Below, piece by piece: positions 39,001 through 46,382 of a stretch of DNA of 64,000 bases. Positions within the stretch are counted from its first letter, which is position 1. Every line of letters starts with the position of its first letter. The translations under genes and the position numbers were made by a program. The DNA is taken from positions 35,429 through 99,428 of the forward strand of contig JACPJC010000007.1 in NCBI GenBank assembly GCA_016187745.1, in the 5' to 3' direction. A model generated the notes under the pieces. That model was given only the letters and a program-made list of their open reading frames with translations, had not been told where the DNA came from and did no database searches. Origin of the DNA: Candidatus Iainarchaeum sp. GTDB lineage: Archaea > Iainarchaeota > Iainarchaeia > Iainarchaeales > JAXPJC01.

Positions 39001-40559
39001 TCACAAGGGATGCGATAGAAAAAATCGGGAAAGGCATTGACAAGCTTGCCGGCGCTTCTACAGATTCGGACATAATACAGGCAAGCCTCACAACCTTCGG
39101 GCAGAGCTCAGGGCAATTGCGCGGAAAACAGCTGTTTTATTTCTGGTGCCAGCCGGGGTGCGAGCTGCACAAGTCAGAGTATCCAACGGAAGGGAGGATG
39201 GTTGTTTCCGATGAGAACGGGAGCAGCGCCGAGTTTGACTACGAGAGCGGCATATTGAGCATAAACGGCAGGCCTGTAATTACAAACCCCGATTCCGTAA
39301 GGCTTTCCTACACTGATACGAGGATTCCCGCAATTGTAATTCCCAATGCGATAACCCACATTTCGCTGCCTGATTCAAATGCGCTGGTATTTGAAATTAC
39401 CGCAAAGGGGGAAGCCTTTGTAAGGGACAAGCAGGTATTGGAGTGCATAAAATCAGGGGTAAAGGAGCAGAGCGGATTGGAGCTTAATTCTGACGAGCTC
39501 AGCGAGGCATTTGGGAATGTTGAGATGGTTGTTACTGATTCGCATCCCGGGGTGAAGCCATTGCAGGACAGGATTGTTGCCGAGGGAACCCCGAGAAAAA
39601 TCGCCGAAGGCGCAGATGCAAGAATAAACATATTCGCGAACAAGGAAGTGCAGCTTTCAAAATCAAATGATGCCGATCCGGAAATAGGGAAGCTGAAATC
39701 CATACAGTTCAAGAACGGCTCAATTGTTTACAATCCTGAAAAGGATGAGCTGCTCGTACTGTTGAGGCATCATGAGAATGCAATACTGCAGCAGAACGAT
39801 GTCGCAAACCTCAATGCAAAGCTTACGGATACGACAAACCCGATTACGAATTGCACGGAGCCGGCGATAGATTTGAGCGTTGCAGTAAACGGCGCTTCAG
39901 ATTCAGCAGTCCAGGGCAGCAAGGAAGAGCAGTTCAACAAGGCCCTGCAGCATTACGGCCCATACCAGGTGTTTGAAACGGATACAAAAAGGTTTGTGAT
40001 TTATTCAAAGCTTGATGGCGGGGCATGCAAGGACTATTTCAAGGTAATAGACAAGGACACGGGGGAGGTTCTTGTTGATTCGCCAATAAAGGAGATTGTC
40101 CAAACGCCCGATGGCAAGATAAAAATCATTACAGAAGACGGGAAGGCGCACGAGCTTGAATTCTCCTCCGACAACGGAAGGCCAATACTCACATACAACG
40201 GCACTCCTGAGAATTTGAGATATGCGCAGGGAAGGAACGGCGCATTCTGGTATGACCCTGAGAAGGGATTATGGTATGCGGAGAACGGCCAGCTATTGCC
40301 TTTGTTGGAGGCTTTCAGGCAGCAGGGCATTTCAACCCAGGCAAGGCCTGATGGAAGCGTTTCTTCCACTCCGGGAGGCAATTTCATGAATGTAAACCTG
40401 GGCGAGCAGCAGGGCTTGGGATTCAACCTTCCAAGCCTGCCCGAGAATGCGCTTTATCTGTTCATGTTTGTTTCCGCAATGGTTGCAGTGTTTGTAGTAA
40501 TAAGAATAAGAAAATCAACAACGCTTGTGCATAAAAAATTTACTGCAAGGCGGCCTTGA
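36054..40559 (+). CDS. Large secreted protein with C-terminal membrane anchor (1501 aa)
   Basis: Signal peptide ending FSFAFS; paired Cys; C-terminal LPSLPE + TM + IRIRK. Confidence 0.9.
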   Translation: MIIMGKNKERLENALQIALHFLIIFLLIGMNFSFAFSQSPGTDAEKEVKSESFSCNTAKISPEEIEKFKNEVFVKGFDGNAISSGTPANSDRDALDSNRIILTSEDSNTAVKAEIPSEKISPFEVSHLLGDYGKGAFAIGLVLDDSLRTGRCKNFETCPLTGSNLKLRNSGTGFIEETKSIFSDLLDGNKYRIEALTEEDKKLIDAQLYLDENKFDAKTLKRIESVIIPNSILADSFTAKMETNCRNSGCFINSYSLFDKYFNAWFSLDMVVSSFAPTLFSNARKMMGWGARRGWPWHMNELGFYKKFKEAFYSTDSLTGKANLVKMDTDIQKYGLGVVFEDLVDSSKGYRLIRSGPFADWLYSSLESGSLSKLKTPQQRAALVRVIKRINNYGQAINYKNKELQDVMNKAIKQFGPDSQQAMQARLSLSQYLAKVGVEMDDKLHLDLPEFWMRYGSTNLYPYSFMNTLTGETHSITSQARYMRQNVLAPFYEQYDGAVDEFYKIGNRWKPKASCPKCIFETNGAGDLKLYIPSPQDYFGRVDVDKLETLLSSGIIDLTVKIPAKEQYIMVNSANLKLIKEYGAPQVEVYRVGKVVDSGKVLTPEMLAGTMTDNYFPTRVSKVYGNTTIMLNTLLEQGWETRRYASLLDKIMAEESELIKAYFSFPKGAAKWTALPYVYWAGKRGFGSENFSAYQLPTSWRSIEFRPAEGEIYNDAFIDFFANEGSDQGDLFIRVINNLPWKMVLNAAVENFAPLKNMYDKLTKGELRNEVENLALYMSAPEECEDCTFTLKSTNLRDFSPFFFSNRELKSYLLEDIESDKAKKIGQTLISFAHHTNMEGSNESGGNKEGMIDLLAARKDGKTCAQKIADLHIAGLPLGRAIPKGLQGPEIGAILAISESIGYFTFMWSGILGSVVQQVVITPQLHECVDDEQGYYTHYFAPAKSEAADKKNATELSTQNVSNMIKENADKFLSSFQGDENSLTRDAIEKIGKGIDKLAGASTDSDIIQASLTTFGQSSGQLRGKQLFYFWCQPGCELHKSEYPTEGRMVVSDENGSSAEFDYESGILSINGRPVITNPDSVRLSYTDTRIPAIVIPNAITHISLPDSNALVFEITAKGEAFVRDKQVLECIKSGVKEQSGLELNSDELSEAFGNVEMVVTDSHPGVKPLQDRIVAEGTPRKIAEGADARINIFANKEVQLSKSNDADPEIGKLKSIQFKNGSIVYNPEKDELLVLLRHHENAILQQNDVANLNAKLTDTTNPITNCTEPAIDLSVAVNGASDSAVQGSKEEQFNKALQHYGPYQVFETDTKRFVIYSKLDGGACKDYFKVIDKDTGEVLVDSPIKEIVQTPDGKIKIITEDGKAHELEFSSDNGRPILTYNGTPENLRYAQGRNGAFWYDPEKGLWYAENGQLLPLLEAFRQQGISTQARPDGSVSSTPGGNFMNVNLGEQQGLGFNLPSLPENALYLFMFVSAMVAVFVVIRIRKSTTLVHKKFTARRP

Positions 40560-41133
40560 ATTTCTTGTTGAAATCGCTCTGCCTTGCAGCAAGCTCCTTT
40601 TTAAGGGAGTCTATCAATTTCTGCATGTCCTGGGGATTTTTGGGCTTTTCAAACAGCTTTTTAGAAGTGAACCAGGTATGAGGCCAGCCCCCTCCCCCGC
40701 TTTTCTTAATGTCGCCTATAAGCTTCTTGACATTCTTCCATATCCACTTCGGGGGCTTTCCCCCATATTTTTTTTCGAGCTCGGCCTTTGCCTTTTCCAA
40801 ATGCTCAATGCTTGCCTTAAGCGCATTTATTTCCCCCTTGTACTGCTTGTGCATTGCCCAGTTCAGTTCCATTGCCTCGCGCGCAAGCCTAAAATCCCTG
40901 TAAGCCTGCGGATGGCCTTCCTGCGGCGCCTTAATCCATTTTTTGCCAAATGCGTCTGCAATGGCTGCATCTTCAGGATTTTCCATCCACTTCTTCATTA
41001 GCCTGTTTATTTCATCAACATGCTTATTTTCCGCTTCAATCCCGAACCTGCGCTGCTCCGCGGAAAGCCCCGCAAAAGGCCTGAAATCGCCCGGAAGCGC
41101 TGTCGGGAATTTTTTCTTTGTCGGCTTCGGCAT
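40540..41133 (-). CDS. Basic helical hypothetical protein
   Basis: 197-aa ORF 13 nt after PAC2, with GGAG SD; Lys-rich. Confidence 0.7.
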   Translation of the reverse strand: MPKPTKKKFPTALPGDFRPFAGLSAEQRRFGIEAENKHVDEINRLMKKWMENPEDAAIADAFGKKWIKAPQEGHPQAYRDFRLAREAMELNWAMHKQYKGEINALKASIEHLEKAKAELEKKYGGKPPKWIWKNVKKLIGDIKKSGGGGWPHTWFTSKKLFEKPKNPQDMQKLIDSLKKELAARQSDFNKKFKAALQ

Positions 41134-41146
41134 TTCTTATGCTCCG

Positions 41147-41893
41147 TTAAGTATACATTGGCGCCTTGCCCTCAAACTTCTGCACGGTTTCATGTGTTTT
41201 TTTCATGTTATCCAGATGTTCAAGCAGCTCTTTTTCAGTTTCCTTTGCCTCCTTCATGAGGGGGTCAACGCTGATGTCCAGCCCGATTATTTCATTGAGC
41301 TTTTTGAGCAGCTGCGCCGCGCCCTTGTAATCCGCCTGCAGCTGCGCATTCCCGAGTATTGAAAACGCCTCTATATTGCTGTCCTTGAGATTCAGAAGAA
41401 TAAGGGCTGTTACGCCTGTTGTAATCCCATCCTGTATTGTTTCAATGCCATGGCGCTTCAGAATTTCCTTTGATTTCAGGTTTGCAGCAATGCCATATAT
41501 TTTTTCCTTGCTCTCGGAACCCTCAAGCGAAATTCCCGCAAGAGATATCACTCTCCTGATGCGCTTTTCCGCAATCCAATCAACAATCCCCCTTGCAAGC
41601 TTTTCTGTAACGTTCCTGGGGATTATCTGCTCGGAAAGCAATACTACCAGCTTCTGCTTGCTGTTTGCGTAAATGCGCGAGGGATGCACTGGAAGTCCGG
41701 CATGAATCCTTATTATGGGCGCGAAAACATCCATGCCAATATAGCCGATTTCCTCAAAGCCAAGCTTCTCAACAAGGTATTTCGCCCCTATCGTTCCAAC
41801 GAGCCCCATTCCGGGAAATCCCTCAATAAGGGTGTAATTGCGCAAATCCCTTTCAGCGGTCTCAACAAAAGTTATTTCGGAATCTTTCTTCAT
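41147..41893 (-). CDS. Proteasome assembly chaperone PAC2 family protein
   Basis: LIEGFPGMGLVGTI, PSRIY, GITTGV, C-terminal PMYT HbYX motif. Confidence 0.93.
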   Translation of the reverse strand: MKKDSEITFVETAERDLRNYTLIEGFPGMGLVGTIGAKYLVEKLGFEEIGYIGMDVFAPIIRIHAGLPVHPSRIYANSKQKLVVLLSEQIIPRNVTEKLARGIVDWIAEKRIRRVISLAGISLEGSESKEKIYGIAANLKSKEILKRHGIETIQDGITTGVTALILLNLKDSNIEAFSILGNAQLQADYKGAAQLLKKLNEIIGLDISVDPLMKEAKETEKELLEHLDNMKKTHETVQKFEGKAPMYT

Positions 41894-42022
41894 GCTTGAA
41901 TAATAGAACGCATAACAGATTTAAATATCTTACTGGGGGCTGCATTCTTTCAATAATGCCGCAGATTTGCACTTAATAGTATGCCATTAAATAGCTTTTG
42001 CATGCTGTTGTTTATGATGCAT

Positions 42023-42307
42023 ATGCAAAAAGCAAAGGCAACCACGATGAGCTTTTCCGCGGAGCCGGAATTTGTGAGGATGATTGGCAGGGTAATTTCA
42101 AAGACCGGGGCATACCACTCAAAAAGCGAATTCCTGAGGGATGCGGCAAGGCAGAGGGCAATACAGCTCATGGGGCTTGAGGATGAGCTGAAGCGCGTTC
42201 ATGAAGTGACAAAAGAGCTGAGGAAGAAAGTGAAGTTTGTCAGGGAGCTGACGCCTGAGGATAAAGACGAAATTGCAGAAAAATACCTCAAACAAATTGG
42301 CCGATAA
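42023..42307 (+). CDS. Ribbon-helix-helix (CopG-like) regulator/antitoxin
   Basis: TTMSFS..GAYHSKSEFLRDAAR. Inverted repeat TTTTGCAT (41996-42003) / ATGCAAAA (42023-42030) overlaps the likely start. Confidence 0.8.
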   Translation: MQKAKATTMSFSAEPEFVRMIGRVISKTGAYHSKSEFLRDAARQRAIQLMGLEDELKRVHEVTKELRKKVKFVRELTPEDKDEIAEKYLKQIGR

Positions 42308-42737
42308 ATTCACTTGGTGTCATGCACCTCATAATATTGCCCGCTTTTTCGAAATCCTTTACATTCCACGTAAGTATGAAGTCGCAATTGCATTGCTTGG
42401 CAATTGTGGCATGTAATGAATCCGTGTAATGGAGGCCTGTCTCCTTTGTTGTATCAAATGCCTCTTCCAGCCATGCCAATTGCGGTTCATTTACCTCTTC
42501 AATGTAAATTACGTTCTTATATAGTATTTCAGAGGCGGATTCCCTGTCCAAGCCGCATGCCTTCCTGATTTCATCAAAAAACAAATAGGAAACAACAACT
42601 TTTATTCCGGCACTATTGCATATTGACAAGGCGGCTTCTGCGTCCCTGAAAAGCATTCTGAAATTCCCGTCAATCTCCTCCCTGACTAAAGAAACAAAAA
42701 CATTGGAATCAAGATATATTTTCTTTATTTTCGGCAT
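42288..42737 (-). CDS. PIN-domain (VapC-like) protein
   Basis: IYLDSNVF, FFDEI, TDSLHATIA, LTWNVKDF. Confidence 0.9.
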   Translation of the reverse strand: MPKIKKIYLDSNVFVSLVREEIDGNFRMLFRDAEAALSICNSAGIKVVVSYLFFDEIRKACGLDRESASEILYKNVIYIEEVNEPQLAWLEEAFDTTKETGLHYTDSLHATIAKQCNCDFILTWNVKDFEKAGNIMRCMTPSEFIGQFV

Positions 42738-43652
42738 TTACAGCACCTGCGCAATCATGTAGACTGCGAAGCTCAGCGGCATCATGATGCACGCGTAAAT
42801 AACAGCCTTCTTGATGTTGTTTTCCATGTTCGCTATGAAGAAGCTTGCGAGGAGCGCATATTCCGCAATATACAGCTGGTTTGCAAGCATTGCCGCACTG
42901 AGAAGCGCCCTTCTCTCCATTGCACCCATTCCTATCTGCAGGAAGTCCGCCTGCACAAAATCAAGCTTTATGACCAGCCCCACAAGCAGCCCAAGCACTA
43001 AAGGGACTATAATGCCTCCGGCAAGAATCAGGGTATATTTTTCAATGGTCATTGTGGCTATGCGCTCCCTTATTATCCCGCGCGTTTCCAGCATGTCCTC
43101 CGCAGCTTCCCTGAATATTTTTGACATTTTTGCGCCGGAATTATATCCCTGTATTATCAGCTCCAGTGCGCGGGAGAGTGTTTTTGACTTGTTCCTGAAG
43201 GACATGTTCTTGAGCGCGGTTTCAACGCTTGCGCCCTTTCTTATTTCCGCCAGCGCCTTTCTGAATTCCCCGGAAAGCGCGCCGTAATCCGCATTTGAGA
43301 GATACTCAATTATTTTTATTGCTTCAGCGCTTTCGGGGAAAATGCTTGCCTGCAGCAGGAGGTCAGGAACCGCGCCTTCAATGGAGCGCCTGCGCATTTC
43401 AAACTTATATAGCAGCAGGAAATATCTGCCGAATGCAAAGAGGAGCGCGGATGCAAGCGCTGCGGAAAGGGCATAAAAGGCGCTCTGGGAGAGATAGAAT
43501 GCAAGCGCAGAGGCGAATGCGGAAAGCGCAATCGCGCACACCAGGATTCCCCTGAGGAATTCCCCCGCATTCCCTTTTGCATTTGTCTGCCTCAGCATAA
43601 GCCCAATTTTATCCGGGAAATTCCCGCCCGGCAATGCGCCCTTCCCTTTCAT
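42738..43652 (-). CDS. Type II secretion F / TadC-like membrane protein
   Basis: IEGAVPDLLL, YGALSGEF..EIRKGASVETAL, followed by TM helices. Confidence 0.9.
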   Translation of the reverse strand: MKGKGALPGGNFPDKIGLMLRQTNAKGNAGEFLRGILVCAIALSAFASALAFYLSQSAFYALSAALASALLFAFGRYFLLLYKFEMRRRSIEGAVPDLLLQASIFPESAEAIKIIEYLSNADYGALSGEFRKALAEIRKGASVETALKNMSFRNKSKTLSRALELIIQGYNSGAKMSKIFREAAEDMLETRGIIRERIATMTIEKYTLILAGGIIVPLVLGLLVGLVIKLDFVQADFLQIGMGAMERRALLSAAMLANQLYIAEYALLASFFIANMENNIKKAVIYACIMMPLSFAVYMIAQVL

Positions 43653-44405
43653 TCAGTTCCCCTTCAGGAATTCTGGCGTCCTTGCCCTTATGTAAAGCAA
43701 AACAGCAAAATCAAGCGCAGGAAACAGCAGCGCAACTATCAATAGTATTTGCAGCGCGCTCAGCTCCAATGCAAGGAAGGCGCTCCCCACGATTATGAAT
43801 GCCTGGAAAAGCGCCGGCACAATGGCGGAAACAGCAATGAACATCAGTGAAAAAACAACAAGCTTGTTGCTGAACTCCTTAGATTCGGAATGCTGCCTGA
43901 GGAGCATTTCATGAGCAAGCCTTTTCAGCGGGGAGGAACTTCTCTTCCCAGAGCCCTGCTCATATGCCGCAACAATCTGGGTTATTGCCCTCTTCACATC
44001 AAGCGAATTTGCCCTTTCCGAAAAGCCGAACAGCGCTTCCTGCACGGAAGAGCCGGAATCCCTTATTTCAGAGACGATTTTCCTGAATTCCATTGACACA
44101 AGGCCGTAATCCTGCCCTGCGATGTTCCCAAGCGCTGTTTCGAACTGCACATCCATTTCAGTTTCTACCGCAAGGGAAAGAAGGGCAAAAGGCATATCCT
44201 TCTCAATCAGCAGTGCGTATTTCCTTTTTTTTAGCTTCGGGTAATATTGCAGTGCGGAATAAGCAAGCGCAAAAACAAGGATTGCGGGAACTAGCGAAAG
44301 CGCAATCTCCTCAAGCAGGAGCGCTGAGGCAAACCATGCGCACAGCGCTGCAATTGCGGAATGCCTGAAATTCCTATCCTGAAGAATTTTTCCATTGTTT
44401 CTCAT
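43653..44405 (-). CDS. Type II secretion F / TadB-like membrane protein
   Basis: IEKDMPFALL, YGLVSMEF..GSSVQEAL, followed by TM helices. Confidence 0.9.
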   Translation of the reverse strand: MRNNGKILQDRNFRHSAIAALCAWFASALLLEEIALSLVPAILVFALAYSALQYYPKLKKRKYALLIEKDMPFALLSLAVETEMDVQFETALGNIAGQDYGLVSMEFRKIVSEIRDSGSSVQEALFGFSERANSLDVKRAITQIVAAYEQGSGKRSSSPLKRLAHEMLLRQHSESKEFSNKLVVFSLMFIAVSAIVPALFQAFIIVGSAFLALELSALQILLIVALLFPALDFAVLLYIRARTPEFLKGN

Positions 44406-46119
44406 TGCGTTTCATCTCCATGGTGAAATCGGAATTGCTGAACCCATGGCATTTCATTATTTTTCCCAGAACTCTTGCGCTTTTGTTCCTTGCAACCAGG
44501 CGGCCTTTTTTGTAGTCATATTCATAAAGAACATTCAGACCTGCCGAATTCCCCTTCCCCTGCACTTCCGCAATCTCGGTTATGCGCCTTATCTCCCTGT
44601 GCCCTGAATTTTTTCCGATTACGTTCCAGCGCCTCTGCACCAGAACCAAATCTATTGAGCAAAGGTCAATATCATCAATGCCAAGGCTTTTCAGCCTTAT
44701 AAGCGCCTCATTTGCTGACTGCGCATGGAAGGTTGCATAGCTCCCCTTCCCCTGCCCTGCAAGAAGCGTGTCAATAAACGCCTTTGCCTCCTCGGAATTC
44801 CTTATTTCCCCCACTATTACCCTATCAGGGCGCATGCGCAATGTGTCAACAATCAGCTCCGGCATCCTTATCTGCAGGCCATCAGCAACATTCAGCCTGA
44901 CAACATGCCTGTGCCGCAGATTTATTTCAGGCGTTTCCTCAGTCACTATTATGCGCTCGCTCTCCGGGATGAAATTGAAAAGCGCGTTCAATGTAGATGT
45001 TTTTCCGGAGCCCGTATTGCCGCATATCAGCATGGAACAATCAGTCTGCAATGCAAACTGGAGGAAGGCAAGCGCATTTGCGGAAATTGTTCCAGTATCA
45101 AGCAAATCCTTCGGGGTAAATGGAACTTCCCGGAATTTCCTTATTGTAAGGCTTGGCCCCGAAACTGAAACAGGGGAAATTGTGGCGCATATCCTCTCCC
45201 CGGAAGGAAGCGCGGCATTCAGCTTGGGGGTCTGCATGCTGAGGCGCCTTCCAATTGCACGCGACATCCTGTTCACGAGGTTCTTTAGCGTTGTTTCGTC
45301 GCAGAAATAGAAATTCGTCCTCAGCCAGCCCAATTTCCTCTCATAAACATAAACCGGCTTGTTTTTTCCCAGCCCAATAACCGCAATCTCCTCAAGGTTT
45401 CCATTGCCCAGCAGTTCAGAAATTGCCCCAAATCCGAATACAAGCAGTTCCAGAATCTTCAGCAAATAATTATGCTGCGCTCCCTCAAGCTCAAGGAAAT
45501 TCCTATGGCAATAGCGCCTCAGGCTTTCCTCAAGCGCGCGCGGCTCTGCCTCCTCATTTTTCTCCTGGAATTCAGAAAGCACAGAGCTGAGAAGCAGCGC
45601 CTCCTGCCTTGTAAGCTCGGGGATTCCTTGAATGCAGTAAATAAGCCCTTCCGTTGTTTCAATTATCTCATAATTCGCGCCATGTGCAATGGATTTTCTT
45701 TTATCCGCATCTGCAATTTTATATATGCGCCAGCCCAGGATTTTCTCAATTTCATCAATTTCAGACTCTGATTTGCACATCTTCAATGCCCTTTTACCGC
45801 ATGCGGAAATGCAGGGCATTTTGAAATCATTCAGGGCGCACAGGTCGCACTTAACGGCCTTTCCATCAACAACAGAAATCGCGCCGTAGTTGCAGGCATC
45901 CGCGCATGCGCCGCAGCCGTTGCATTTGCCCCCTGCATCAACAGCCAATATCCCCTGTGAAACCTCATATATTGCGTTTCTCCTGCAGGCAAGAAGGCAT
46001 TTTGCCTTCTCAGGGGCGCAATGCCTGCATTTTAGGAGCGCAATCCCGCTCAATTTGTGCCTGCAAACAGCCAGGCATTTCCCGCAGGAATCGCACGCAT
46101 CAGAAACAACAAGCTCCAA
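44374..46119 (-). CDS. TadA/VirB11-like pilus ATPase with N-terminal 4x[4Fe-4S]-type ferredoxin domain
   Basis: Four 4-Cys groups in the first ~110 aa; Walker A GNTGSGKT, EETPEI, LRMRPDRVIVGEIR, ATFHA. Confidence 0.92.
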   Translation of the reverse strand: MELVVSDACDSCGKCLAVCRHKLSGIALLKCRHCAPEKAKCLLACRRNAIYEVSQGILAVDAGGKCNGCGACADACNYGAISVVDGKAVKCDLCALNDFKMPCISACGKRALKMCKSESEIDEIEKILGWRIYKIADADKRKSIAHGANYEIIETTEGLIYCIQGIPELTRQEALLLSSVLSEFQEKNEEAEPRALEESLRRYCHRNFLELEGAQHNYLLKILELLVFGFGAISELLGNGNLEEIAVIGLGKNKPVYVYERKLGWLRTNFYFCDETTLKNLVNRMSRAIGRRLSMQTPKLNAALPSGERICATISPVSVSGPSLTIRKFREVPFTPKDLLDTGTISANALAFLQFALQTDCSMLICGNTGSGKTSTLNALFNFIPESERIIVTEETPEINLRHRHVVRLNVADGLQIRMPELIVDTLRMRPDRVIVGEIRNSEEAKAFIDTLLAGQGKGSYATFHAQSANEALIRLKSLGIDDIDLCSIDLVLVQRRWNVIGKNSGHREIRRITEIAEVQGKGNSAGLNVLYEYDYKKGRLVARNKSARVLGKIMKCHGFSNSDFTMEMKRNEKQWKNSSG

Positions 46120-46225
46120 AACTCACACCCCTCTATATACGTCTATTGACGTATATATAGGAGCACAAGAATTAATAAACCTATGCACCAATCCTTTCTT
46201 TTTTAGGAAAAAAGAAAGTCTAGGT

Positions 46226-46275
46226 TAAAACATTAAGCACACAAAGTTTGCAAGCTAGGCGTGCTTAATGTTTTA
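46226..46275. repeat. 15-bp perfect inverted repeat with 20-nt spacer
   Basis: TAAAACATTAAGCAC (46226-46240) / GTGCTTAATGTTTTA (46261-46275). Confidence 0.85.
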
Positions 46276-46382
46276 TTACCCAAAGAAAAAATAACTTTGA
46301 GGCATCCCAAAAGAAAATAAGTTTCAGGGGAAACTAAAAATAGGGATAGTGTGCTGAAAATAAAAAGAAAGAGAAGGGGTTT

